DNA from: Candidatus Woesebacteria bacterium GW2011_GWA1_39_21
Lineage (GTDB): Bacteria > Patescibacteriota > Microgenomatia > UBA8517
Reading direction: 5' to 3'
DNA length: 64,000 bases
Assembly (NCBI GenBank): GCA_000993685.1
Contig: LBWP01000001.1
Span: 9,739 to 73,738 of the forward strand
Part shown: piece by piece, positions 1 through 9,027 of the stretch
Layout of the letters: each line of letters starts with the position of its first letter
Numbering within the stretch: position 1 is the stretch's first letter
The notes under the pieces: model-generated
What the model saw: the letters and a program-made list of their open reading frames with translations, nothing else
What the model was told of the DNA's origin: nothing
The model's database searches: none
Program-made: the position numbers and the translations under genes

Positions 1-1
1 A

Positions 2-733
2 AATACCCAAGGATTAACCGTCCAGGAGGCAGTGAGTTTTATCCGTGGCGTGAAGGGGACAAGCGTCTTTCTTACGCTTGTCCGCGAGGGTGTGCAAAAA
101 CCTCTTGAGGTTGAACTCGTTCGCGATACGTTGGATGTTCCCAGTGTTGCGGTTGATTACGTTGGCGAAGACGGAAAGACAGCACACATTACACTCACCA
201 AATTCAGCGCGGATACGGAAACCGAGTGGAACAGTGCAATTACAGACCTTTTGACACACGATTTTAACGGGATAGTTCTTGATCTTCGCAACAACCCTGG
301 AGGTTACATGAAAGGAGCTATTGATCTGGGAGCTGATTTTATGGACCAGGGTAAAGTGGTTGTCGTTGAACAGACGGCGAAAGATAAAACTGAATACAAA
401 ATTGAGAAGTTGGGGAGGTTGAAAAACAGAAAACTTGTTGTCTTGATAAATGGCGGGTCTGCGTCTGCTTCGGAAATACTTTCGGGGGCACTACGTGACA
501 ATAACAAAACCCCGCTTGTTGGGGAAAAATCATTTGGAAAAGGAACAATACAGGAGCCGGAAGAAATTGAAAACGGTGTAGGGCTTCATATTACAATCGC
601 AAAGTGGTTAACTCCTAAAGGAAATTGGGTGAACGAAGTCGGGCTGAAACCAGACTATGAAGTTTCTGACAACTCGGATACGACCCAGGATGAACAGCTT
701 GAAAAAGCGATCTCGGTTTTACAGAGTTTGTAA
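2..733 (+). CDS. C-terminal processing peptidase (S41 family, CtpA/Prc-like), 5'-truncated by the window edge
   Basis: The reading frame is open from the window start. It carries the S41 motifs GGSASASEI (catalytic Ser) and KSFGKGT (catalytic Lys) and ends at TAA 731-733. Confidence 0.8.
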   Translation, partial: NTQGLTVQEAVSFIRGVKGTSVFLTLVREGVQKPLEVELVRDTLDVPSVAVDYVGEDGKTAHITLTKFSADTETEWNSAITDLLTHDFNGIVLDLRNNPGGYMKGAIDLGADFMDQGKVVVVEQTAKDKTEYKIEKLGRLKNRKLVVLINGGSASASEILSGALRDNNKTPLVGEKSFGKGTIQEPEEIENGVGLHITIAKWLTPKGNWVNEVGLKPDYEVSDNSDTTQDEQLEKAISVLQSL

Positions 734-787
734 ATTTAAAACAAAGCTTTCAGCTATTTTTAAGTTAGTATAATTATAAAGTAAAAT

Positions 788-1945
788 ATGAAATCGAAAT
801 TGAAGGGAGTTTTAATTTTAATCGTTGTTGTTGTGATTCTTTCAACTGCGGCTGTTGGCGGTGCAGTTGCTGATCGGGTTTTAAACATTAAAGTTTTTGA
901 TGCCATTATAACAAGAATAAATCCGTTAAAAACTTCGATAAACAGCGGCACAACGAAGGTGGTTTATGAAGAATCAATTGTCGTTGACGTTGCTAAAAAA
1001 GTTTCGCCGTCTGTTGTGACGGTTTCGGTGCAAACACCCCAAAGAAGAGTACTTCAATTTAATCCGTTTGGCGGAGGTTTTAGCCAAAGTATTCAGGGTG
1101 GAAAGCCACAAGATATTGGTACAGGTTTTATTGTCGCCTCAGATGGTTTGATTGTCACCAACAAGCATGTTGTTTCCGACACGACTGCGACTTACCAAGT
1201 AATCACCAGTAACGAGAAGACTTATGATGTTATTAATATTGCCAGAGACCCCTCAAATGACATTGCCGTCCTTAAAATTGACGCCAGTAGTTTACAGCCC
1301 GTGGAAATGGGGGATTCATCAAATCTAGAGGTCGGCCAGTTTGTGGTTGCTATTGGAACAGCTTTGGGTGAGTTTCGAAATACTGTAACGCAGGGTGTTG
1401 TTTCCGGCTTGGGAAGAGGGATAACGGCGGGAGACCAATACCAAGGATATGTCGAGCAGCTGGACAACGTTATTCAAACAGATGCCGCAATTAACCCCGG
1501 TAATTCAGGCGGTCCGCTTTTGAATTCCTCTGGTCAGGTCATTGGTATCAACGTTGCCGTGGCGTCTGGTGCACAAAATGTAGGTTTTGCAATTCCAATA
1601 AATATTGTTAAGGATGCATTGGCCCAATATAACCAAAACGGGGCCTTTATTGGAAAGGCTTATCTTGGTGTTGAATACCAGATGGTATCAAAGCAAGCGG
1701 CGGTGTTAAATGATGTTCCCGAAGGAGCGTATGTCGTTAACGTTGTTTCAGGTTCTCCGGCTGCCGATTCCGGATTAAAGGTTGACGATATTATTACCAA
1801 GATGGATGGAAAAGCGCTAAATGCTAATACCACCTTGGCTGATGTGATTAAGACAAAGAAGCCCGGGGACGAAGTCTCTCTGGAAGTTTATCGGGACGGA
1901 AATACGATGACTGTTCGTGCTACGTTGGGTTCTTCGGAAAGTTGA
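788..1945 (+). CDS. htrA: HtrA/DegP-family serine protease (S1C) with an N-terminal TM helix and a C-terminal PDZ domain
   Basis: Trypsin-like catalytic triad context is present: TNKHVV, DIAVLKID and GNSGGPLLN. A PDZ-like C-terminus and an N-terminal hydrophobic anchor are present. Confidence 0.85.
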   Translation: MKSKLKGVLILIVVVVILSTAAVGGAVADRVLNIKVFDAIITRINPLKTSINSGTTKVVYEESIVVDVAKKVSPSVVTVSVQTPQRRVLQFNPFGGGFSQSIQGGKPQDIGTGFIVASDGLIVTNKHVVSDTTATYQVITSNEKTYDVINIARDPSNDIAVLKIDASSLQPVEMGDSSNLEVGQFVVAIGTALGEFRNTVTQGVVSGLGRGITAGDQYQGYVEQLDNVIQTDAAINPGNSGGPLLNSSGQVIGINVAVASGAQNVGFAIPINIVKDALAQYNQNGAFIGKAYLGVEYQMVSKQAAVLNDVPEGAYVVNVVSGSPAADSGLKVDDIITKMDGKALNANTTLADVIKTKKPGDEVSLEVYRDGNTMTVRATLGSSES

Positions 1946-1999
1946 GCGTGGTTTTAGTATAGGTTGCCGATTATTAGTTTTACTTACTGACTTTGAAAA

Positions 2000-2752
2000 T
2001 TAGAAATCCGTATCTTTCAGAAGTGTAAGTATTTTTTCCAAATTTCCTTCCATGACAGCGTCTAAATTACCCCAGGATTTTCCAATCCTGTGGTCGGTAA
2101 GCCTGTTTTGAGGAAAGTTATAGGTTCTTATTTTTTCTGCGCGCATTCCACGACCGATGGCACTTCGATAGCCCGCAACGGTTTTTTCCTTTTCAAGTTC
2201 AGCTTTTTCCCAGAGGCGTGATCGGAGCATCGACATGGCAATCTCGCGATTTTGCCCCTGAAAACGTTCCTCACGAGCTGTGATGACAATTCCCGATGGT
2301 TTGTGAATTAGTCTTACCGCCGTTGAAACTTTATTGACGTTTTGACCGCCGTGTCCGCCTGCACGAAAAAATTGAAAATCAACGTCTGTAGGGTTGATTT
2401 TAATTTCGGAGTCGGTTACTTCCGGAAGAACTGCAACTGTTGCTGTCGATGTGTGGATGCGTCCGCGTTTTTCGGTCGATGGAACTCGCTGAACTCGGTG
2501 AACTCCGGATTCGTTTTTCAATAGGTCAAAAGCATTAAGTCCGGTAACTTGCAGTGTTAATTCGTCAATCATCACTGCTTTCCAATTTTTCTTGACCGCG
2601 TAGCGGTAGTACATTCGCAGAAGGTCCGACCCCCAAATTTTAGCCTCGTCCCCGCCGGTTGCTCCACGGATTTCAATATAGACCTTTTGCGGCTGATTTT
2701 GTTGAGCGGAACCATTTTGGTTGTAATTATCCATAGCTAATATATTAAACAA
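2000..2752 (-). CDS. prfA: Peptide chain release factor 1-like protein lacking N-terminal domain 1
   Basis: It carries GGQ ([14 protein letters not shown]) and an RF1-type tripeptide region, RVPSTE...[15 protein letters not shown]. It is only 250 aa because an in-frame stop lies 15 codons upstream of the Met. Confidence 0.8.
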   Translation of the reverse strand: MFNILAMDNYNQNGSAQQNQPQKVYIEIRGATGGDEAKIWGSDLLRMYYRYAVKKNWKAVMIDELTLQVTGLNAFDLLKNESGVHRVQRVPSTEKRGRIHTSTATVAVLPEVTDSEIKINPTDVDFQFFRAGGHGGQNVNKVSTAVRLIHKPSGIVITAREERFQGQNREIAMSMLRSRLWEKAELEKEKTVAGYRSAIGRGMRAEKIRTYNFPQNRLTDHRIGKSWGNLDAVMEGNLEKILTLLKDTDF

Positions 2753-2781
2753 GACAAAAAAATAAACAAAGAAGTATCAAC

Positions 2782-3120
2782 CTAATTTTTTGCTTTCTTT
2801 TTACTGACTTTCGCGAGTTTACGAAGCTCATCGAGCGTGTCGGGTCTTTCCAGCTCCTTTTCAAGCTGCTTTTGTTTTTTGACCCTTCTTTTTTCGGATT
2901 TTGAAAGATGTTTGGTCTGTGCTTTTGCTTGTTTTGATAAGAAAGCATCGACACGTCCGGCAGTGTCGACATATTTCATCTGCCCTGTATAAAAAGGATG
3001 GCAATTACTACAGACCTCGACTTGGATTTGTGGAACGCTGGCACCGATAGTGAAAGTATTGCCACAGGCACAACTCACTTGGCAGTCATCGTACCATTTT
3101 GGGTGAATATTTGTTTTCAT
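2782..3120 (-). CDS. rpmE: 50S ribosomal protein L31 with a lysine-rich C-terminal extension
   Basis: MKTNIHPKWY...CACGNTF...VEVCSNCHPFYTG is the L31 zinc-ribbon signature. Confidence 0.85.
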   Translation of the reverse strand: MKTNIHPKWYDDCQVSCACGNTFTIGASVPQIQVEVCSNCHPFYTGQMKYVDTAGRVDAFLSKQAKAQTKHLSKSEKRRVKKQKQLEKELERPDTLDELRKLAKVSKKKAKN

Positions 3121-3211
3121 AATATAAGAATTCCTTTAATGTATTATTTAAGTTTACTAGGGAATTATATCAAAACTGAATAAATTTACAAAGATCGAAA
3201 TAGAAAAAGTC

Positions 3212-3703
3212 CTATCCGAACAGTCGTCTCAGAAGATTCCTTCCTTTAGGGGCTTTACCAATTTCTTTATCAACACTTTTTTTGGCAGCTTCTGAGGCAG
3301 AATCTCTTGCCCTTCTCAAAGTATTTACGGGAATATTTTCAGAAAATACCCCATCAAGTCCAAGGGTATTGAACCAGGCGTAATAAGTATCATCATCAAC
3401 ATATCCTTTTAACCGGAGCTCTTCGGCGATCTTCTTTGCGTTTTTTTCATCCGTTAAAATTTCCGTGCCGCCCCGGCAAGGTTTAAAAGTTATGGGTGGC
3501 TCGTCACCCTGATGAATCGATCCTACTTGCTCTGCGGCTTCTAGAATATCATGAGCCTCACCAACGCTTGACTCCGGTTCGAGTCTTCTTCTTGTGTTCC
3601 CCATCACACCATCCGGGGTAATTTTATAAAAGCGAACGTTAATCGCAATCGCCGGTGGAAAAATTTCAAGGTTGTCAGGTGATTGTTCTTTAAATCTCGG
3701 CAT
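3212..3703 (-). CDS. hypothetical protein
   Basis: A 163-aa ORF with good coding compaction between neighbouring genes. No family was recognised. Confidence 0.4.
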   Translation of the reverse strand: MPRFKEQSPDNLEIFPPAIAINVRFYKITPDGVMGNTRRRLEPESSVGEAHDILEAAEQVGSIHQGDEPPITFKPCRGGTEILTDEKNAKKIAEELRLKGYVDDDTYYAWFNTLGLDGVFSENIPVNTLRRARDSASEAAKKSVDKEIGKAPKGRNLLRRLFG

Positions 3704-3735
3704 ACTGGGAAATTTAATATATCATTTTCTTGTGA

Positions 3736-4662
3736 TTATTCAATCCCCTTTTTTGTAACCTTTTTATATTCGGCAATGAATACGCCGATTGTGACAACTG
3801 CCGTGCCAATGATAAAGGGAACGCTAAGGGTTTCCTTCAGCCAGAATATTGCCAATGGGGCTGCAAAAAGGGGGGAGAGGTAACCAAACAATGTTGCTTC
3901 CGAAGCCTCGATTTTTCTTTGGCCTTCCTGGTATAAAAAGTAAGCCAGAGATCCTGACAGAACTGCCATATACCAAACACCCAAATGAGAAAGAAGCGGG
4001 GCAGCGGAGACCATAAGTAGAAGATTAACAGCGCCTTTTGTTTGCAAAAGCGCAAACGGTAGCGAAGTTAAAAAACCGATCAAGAATGTAAACGTTGTCA
4101 TCGTTAGGTTGTCGACACGGTGTTTGAGTTCGGTTTTAGTAATAATTACGTAAAAAACCCAGGCGATGTTGGCAGCGACAATTAGAAGGTTTCCTACTAT
4201 CGCTTGGGAGTTAAAAAGGTTGCCTTCAAAAAGAGGTTGGACAACAATAATCAGCGTTCCAAAGAATGTGACGATAATTCCGGCAAGTTCTTTTTTGGAA
4301 ATTTTTTCTTTTAAGAAATACATTCCTCCGATTACGACAAAGATCGGCGCAGTATTTCCAATTATGATGGCGTCAAGGACAGTTGTTTTTTCGATGCCTA
4401 AGAAAAGTAGTCCGAGGTTTAAGGTTGATCCTAAAAGCCCGGCTGCCGTGAGCATGACAATCTCCCTTTTGGAGTAAAGAAATTTCGGTTTAAAAACCCA
4501 GACGATTGGAAGCATTAAAAGCGTCGAAATGAAAAAACGGTAGGTTAAAAAAACCATCGGCGGAAAGTTGGGTAGCGTGTATTTGATTACAGGCCCGGCA
4601 ATACCCCAAATGGCTGCGACAACCAGAAGGAGTGTGTATGATTTAAGACGGTCTTTGCTCAC
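3736..4662 (-). CDS. EamA/DMT-family transporter (about 10 TM helices)
   Basis: A polytopic hydrophobic protein with the duplicated 5-TM architecture typical of EamA. Confidence 0.55.
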   Translation of the reverse strand: MSKDRLKSYTLLLVVAAIWGIAGPVIKYTLPNFPPMVFLTYRFFISTLLMLPIVWVFKPKFLYSKREIVMLTAAGLLGSTLNLGLLFLGIEKTTVLDAIIIGNTAPIFVVIGGMYFLKEKISKKELAGIIVTFFGTLIIVVQPLFEGNLFNSQAIVGNLLIVAANIAWVFYVIITKTELKHRVDNLTMTTFTFLIGFLTSLPFALLQTKGAVNLLLMVSAAPLLSHLGVWYMAVLSGSLAYFLYQEGQRKIEASEATLFGYLSPLFAAPLAIFWLKETLSVPFIIGTAVVTIGVFIAEYKKVTKKGIE

Positions 4663-4761
4663 AGTTAATTATTGCTTAGGCATGAGGTATAAGGCAAGAG
4701 GTAGAAAGAAAAAAGTAAGAATCTACATTGATCCATAATTTCTTAATCGAAATAATTAAAC

Positions 4762-5988
4762 CTATTTGTTTATAATTGAAGCTATTCCGTTACTGAAGAC
4801 TTTTTTTTGTGATTGAGTATTAAGGTTTTTTATTGTCACAGTATCTGATGCAACTTCTTCGGGACCCAGAATCGCAACATACGGAATTTCTTTTTTGTCG
4901 GCATATTTGAGTTGTTTTTCCAATTTTACTTGGGGGTCGGGATAGAGTTCACAGTTAATTCCTTGCGCCCTTATTTTAAGACTTAGGTTAAGTGAATTGT
5001 TATATAAATCGGGCGAAAACACTGTAACTAATATTTTTGTGATAGGTTCGAGATTGGGGATAAGCCCATTGAACTCAAGTGCCTCTAATGTTCTGTCAAA
5101 ACCGAAAGCGATTCCCGTTGCGAAGATTTTTTTGCCGGTGATTTTTTCTGCCATCGAATCATAGCGTTCGCCGCCCCCGACCGACCCGCCAAAAGAGGCG
5201 GTTGAATATTCTGGGACAGTCATTTCCCAGATGGGGCCTTGTGAGTAGGAAAATGATCTTGCCAAGGTAGGCTCGAATTTATAATTGTCTGAAGAAACCC
5301 CGGCGTTTTCTAAATACTCGAAGATAATTTTAAGCGTTTCGTCGGGTTTTAAATTTTCAACTTTATCAAAAAACCTTGCCGCTTCTTCTTTTTCAAAACC
5401 TTTTTGGACGATTTCTGTTATCACTCCGTCTTTTCCTATTTTTTTCATCTTGTCGATTGCTGCGATAACGGGGTAGGGAATTCCTTCCAACAGATCACGA
5501 TTATTGATAAGCGCAGCGGCGTTTTTAAACCCGAGAGATCTATAAAGTTCAATACTTAAGGCAATGCATTCGGCATCTGCCGTTGGTGATTCAATACCGA
5601 AGATGTCAACGTCGGCTTGCGTAAACTCACGGTAACGCCCTTTTTGCGGTTTCTCTGCTCTATATGCGTTTTGAATTTGATAGCGTCTGAATGGAAACGT
5701 CAGCTGGTCATAGTATTGTCCGACAACCCTGCATGTTGGGACCGTTTGATCGTAGCGCATGACAACTTCACGGTCACCCTGATCTTTGAATTTGTAGTAA
5801 AGTTTTTCGTCTTCGCCGATCTGTCCCTCAAAAAGTTCAATTGGCTCAAGTGTTGGGGTTTCTAATGGCTCGTAACCCCATTTTTCAAAAATTTTTATCA
5901 TCTCACTTTTGAGCCACGCGCGTTTTCTTGCCTCCGAAGGCAAGAAATCCCTAAATCCTTTTAGTGATTGTATTTTGTATTTTGTCAT
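4762..5988 (-). CDS. hisS: Histidine--tRNA ligase
   Basis: It has the class II HisRS motifs GFRDFLP, RYDQTVP and YREFTQADVDIFG, plus a C-terminal anticodon-binding domain. Confidence 0.92.
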   Translation of the reverse strand: MTKYKIQSLKGFRDFLPSEARKRAWLKSEMIKIFEKWGYEPLETPTLEPIELFEGQIGEDEKLYYKFKDQGDREVVMRYDQTVPTCRVVGQYYDQLTFPFRRYQIQNAYRAEKPQKGRYREFTQADVDIFGIESPTADAECIALSIELYRSLGFKNAAALINNRDLLEGIPYPVIAAIDKMKKIGKDGVITEIVQKGFEKEEAARFFDKVENLKPDETLKIIFEYLENAGVSSDNYKFEPTLARSFSYSQGPIWEMTVPEYSTASFGGSVGGGERYDSMAEKITGKKIFATGIAFGFDRTLEALEFNGLIPNLEPITKILVTVFSPDLYNNSLNLSLKIRAQGINCELYPDPQVKLEKQLKYADKKEIPYVAILGPEEVASDTVTIKNLNTQSQKKVFSNGIASIINK

Positions 5989-5992
5989 ATTG

Positions 5993-6691
5993 TTATTTTA
6001 CGATTTTTGCAGACGTTTTGATAGTAAAATATTTTGAGCCTGTCAAAATATTAATAAAGTCGCCGGAAGGTTGTAAGATTCTTTTGTGTCCTGTAAAAAT
6101 TGTGGCTGATAAGGATCCTGATCCGCAAGCATTTTCCCAAACTAGAGAGTCTGTTTTAACTACGTAGATACACGGTACTATTCTTGAATTTTCCAGATAA
6201 ATAATTCCAGCAGCATAGGATTTATATTTTATTGCAAGAGTTTTTAGATTGTTTTTCAGATAAAACTCATTGGTGTTGTTTATTTTGTTACGTATTTCAT
6301 AAACAATTCCTTTAAGAAGAAATACATTATTAATTTTTTTTATAAAAATACATTTGGGTAGCTTGACTGATACACTTCTTTGTGTTGCAATACCGCTTAC
6401 TACTTCGTTGATACCAGAAGTTCTAAGTTTTACGTTAGGATTTTTAGTCATTTCGGATGTCAGATAAATTCCAGCAAGAGTTCCGTTGATACTTAATTCA
6501 TTTCCCATCATTACAAGGGAGTAATATTTACTATTTGAATCTTTTTGTAAAAATGCCACTTGTTCAATTGACTTGTCTTCTGCCATTATTCTTTTCGCAC
6601 GTAATGACTGGGATTTTGGGTTTTTGGAATATAAAACTACTGCTGTTTTTTGTCCAGCAGTATCAATTATTTTGTAATTTACGTTTTCCAT
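5993..6691 (-). CDS. DapF/PhzF-fold epimerase-like protein (low-confidence family call)
   Basis: WENACGSGSLSA resembles the C-terminal active-site Cys region of diaminopimelate epimerase. The start was placed at the internal Met (MENVNYKIID) because the longer ORF would overlap tRNA-His. Confidence 0.35.
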   Translation of the reverse strand: MENVNYKIIDTAGQKTAVVLYSKNPKSQSLRAKRIMAEDKSIEQVAFLQKDSNSKYYSLVMMGNELSINGTLAGIYLTSEMTKNPNVKLRTSGINEVVSGIATQRSVSVKLPKCIFIKKINNVFLLKGIVYEIRNKINNTNEFYLKNNLKTLAIKYKSYAAGIIYLENSRIVPCIYVVKTDSLVWENACGSGSLSATIFTGHKRILQPSGDFINILTGSKYFTIKTSAKIVK

Positions 6692-6692
6692 A

Positions 6693-6766
6693 TGGGTAGG
6701 TGAAGGGAGTTGAACCTTCATCTTTGGTTTCACAGGCCAAAGCTTTAACCGTTAAGCTACACCCAC
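6693..6766 (-). tRNA. tRNA-His (anticodon GTG)
   Basis: The reverse complement folds as a cloverleaf. The acceptor is GTGGGTG/CACCTAC with a G3·U70 wobble, the D-stem is GCTT/AAGC, the anticodon loop is CTGTGAA (U33, GTG, A37) and the T-loop is TTCAACT. Position 73 is C and position -1 is A rather than G. The gene is adjacent to hisS. Confidence 0.75.
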
Positions 6767-6767
6767 T

Positions 6768-6797
6768 AAAAAACCCAGCCTTGGCTGGGTTATCGAG
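6768..6797 (-). terminator. Intrinsic terminator-like hairpin (CCCAGCC-AAG-GCTGGG plus T6) downstream of the 6906..7922 gene, abutting the tRNA-His 5' end
   Basis: The minus-strand sequence is AACCCAGCCAAGGCTGGGTTTTTT. Confidence 0.5.
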
Positions 6798-6905
6798 TCT
6801 GACCTTGTTGATTTTTTAAACTAAAAAACCACCGGTTTGGAGGGTTAACTTTTCTCACACAATATTATATTTATCGTTTAAAAGTCAAGTTTTTTCAATT
6901 TTGAT

Positions 6906-7922
6906 TTACGACTCAGGTGTTGGTGTGGGGGATGGGAGGATGTAAATCTTTCTTGCAGAATTAACGTCTTTTTCCGTTGTGTAAGTGCCGATTACGGTGT
7001 CGCCTTCGGAAACGTTTGTATAGCGGCTTTTTGTAGGGACAGAAACGTCTCCAGTATAGGTATTTGTGTTGTTGTTGATGTTAAGCGAAACCTTACCTGA
7101 ATCTTTTTCGTCAATTCCGAAATCGGCCTTGTTTTTCTCGATAACGGTTCCGTAGAAAATTTTTACTTCGAGTGGTGTTTGCGGTTGTGTTACAACAATT
7201 CTAACTGCTTCGAGCAGACTGTTTGCCTTGATATGCCCCATTGCAAGAATAAAATCTCCGATTGCAATGTCAACCGCGGAAATTTTTGAAGTTTTTACAC
7301 CAAACTTTGCGAAGCTTGTTGACGCGACAGAATAAGAAACCTGTTCAATGTCGCCATTTTTGTCTTTCAGTTGAACGCCGCTTTCAGTCAGGTCAGTAAC
7401 CGTTCCTTGGAAAAATTCAATCCTGTTTTGTGTTGCTTCTAGTTTTTGGTCTGCTGAATCTTTTGTGTCATTTACTTCTTGATCTTTATTAGGGTTTGCA
7501 ATTTCCGAAGAGTAGGCAACTTCAAGACTGGTTGAGACTCTTTGGTTGTCGGCGGTTACAGAAGTGATATTAAGATAGTTCACCGATGGGTCGATTTCGT
7601 AATCAAATTCAAACGAGCCATCAATTTTGCTTTTTTGAACAGTATCGCTTGTTCCACCGGTTGTGACAATGTAACTTTGGGCGTGGGTAATTCCAGAGAC
7701 CTGAATGATGTCACTGGCAACGGCTGAGTTATCGGCAGGTTTGAGAAGCGTGAGCGTTTTTAGATCGTTTGTCTTGGAAGAGCTGGTGTCTGCATTATTG
7801 GTGTCGGGGTTGGCCACAGAATCTTTACTCTTCATTGCCGAGTTGACGCGGAAAATACCGAATGCAAAAATCAATCCGATAAACAAACCGAAAAAAATTG
7901 CGAATAGCACCTCTTTACGCAT
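6906..7922 (-). CDS. Membrane-anchored Ser/Thr-rich hypothetical protein with a PSPTPTPES C-terminal tail
   Basis: It has an N-terminal TM helix and low-complexity S/T/N-rich extracellular regions. Confidence 0.5.
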   Translation of the reverse strand: MRKEVLFAIFFGLFIGLIFAFGIFRVNSAMKSKDSVANPDTNNADTSSSKTNDLKTLTLLKPADNSAVASDIIQVSGITHAQSYIVTTGGTSDTVQKSKIDGSFEFDYEIDPSVNYLNITSVTADNQRVSTSLEVAYSSEIANPNKDQEVNDTKDSADQKLEATQNRIEFFQGTVTDLTESGVQLKDKNGDIEQVSYSVASTSFAKFGVKTSKISAVDIAIGDFILAMGHIKANSLLEAVRIVVTQPQTPLEVKIFYGTVIEKNKADFGIDEKDSGKVSLNINNNTNTYTGDVSVPTKSRYTNVSEGDTVIGTYTTEKDVNSARKIYILPSPTPTPES

Positions 7923-7944
7923 GATGTTTTATTGAATTCATCTG

Positions 7945-8028
7945 CGAAATCCACGGACTTTAGTCCGTGGATGAAGCAAGAATCCAATCTTGTCGACAAA
8001 ATACCATGGGCTTTAGCCCGTGGTATTT
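7945..8028. repeat. REP-like two-hairpin repeat, copy 1
   Basis: Two perfect hairpins, CCACGGACT-TT-AGTCCGTGG and TACCATGGGC-TTT-AGCCCGTGGTA, are joined by a conserved spacer. An inverted copy lies at 46289..46369. Confidence 0.8.
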
Positions 8029-8174
8029 TATTGCCACTTTGCCTAAAACCATGTCTATAGAGAAACTCATCCTATAGGAGGATGACTAGGACCTTGTCAA
8101 CTATATTTTACTGATTTGTCCTTGTCAAGTTTAACACCTTTTGCTAGGATGTCATTGATGCGATTCAGAACAAT

Positions 8175-8825
8175 ATGGATATAGTATATTTGGGCCATTC
8201 GTCGTTTAAACTAAAAGGGAAAAACACTTCTGTAATTACAGATCCTTTTGATCCGCAAATGCTTGGTCTTAAGTTTCCCAAAAATGAAGCCGATATCGTT
8301 ACCGTATCTCACAATCACAGCGATCATAATCACCTTGAACTAGTTAGCGGTGTCAAAATGGTTATCAACTCTCCCGGAGAGTATGAAGTTATGGACGTTT
8401 CGGTTATTGGAATTGAGGTTGATCATGATAGTGAGGGAGGAAAAGTAAGGGGTAAAAATACCGTTTTTGTATTTGAAATCGACGGAATCAGGCTTGCACA
8501 TTTAGGTGATTTGGGCCATAAACTGACCGATAAAGTTACAGAAACAATCAGTGACGTTGATGTCTTGATGCTTCCGGTTGGTGGTTTTTTTACCATCGGT
8601 GCCAAAGAGGCTTCCGAGATTGCAAAAGGGTTTGAATCGCCATTTATTATTCCAATGCATTATCGTGTCCCAGGAATGAAAGAAGAGATTGCCTCGAAGA
8701 TTGCTCCGGTTGACGATTTTTTAAAGGAATTTGGAGTTGAGGTTGACAAGACGGATAAGTTGAATATTAAAAAAGAGTTGATTAACTACGAGCAACAGAA
8801 AGTAATATTATTGGAGAAACGTTGA
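8175..8825 (+). CDS. MBL-fold metal-dependent hydrolase (UPF0173-like)
   Basis: It has the SHNHSDHNH metal-binding motif and the beta-lactamase-fold pattern. Confidence 0.75.
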   Translation: MDIVYLGHSSFKLKGKNTSVITDPFDPQMLGLKFPKNEADIVTVSHNHSDHNHLELVSGVKMVINSPGEYEVMDVSVIGIEVDHDSEGGKVRGKNTVFVFEIDGIRLAHLGDLGHKLTDKVTETISDVDVLMLPVGGFFTIGAKEASEIAKGFESPFIIPMHYRVPGMKEEIASKIAPVDDFLKEFGVEVDKTDKLNIKKELINYEQQKVILLEKR

Positions 8826-9027
8826 TGGGTTAACTTCTGATTTTAATATCTGATTAATCTATTCAATTCCCAATAATCAGGTGACCAATTTTGAAAGGAG
8901 TTGCCAACCTCTTCATCTTTTTAGTCATTTTGTTATTGAAAATTGTTTTAAAATTAGATATTAGTAAGTATAAATCAACAGTTTTGAAAAAAGCAGAGTT
9001 GCCTTCTTAGTTAATTAATTTAGTTAC

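Noticed and set aside
2745-2972. 75-aa ORF overlapping rpmE in another frame
   Set aside because: It is Lys/Arg-rich and frame-shadows the L31 C-terminal extension, so it is spurious.
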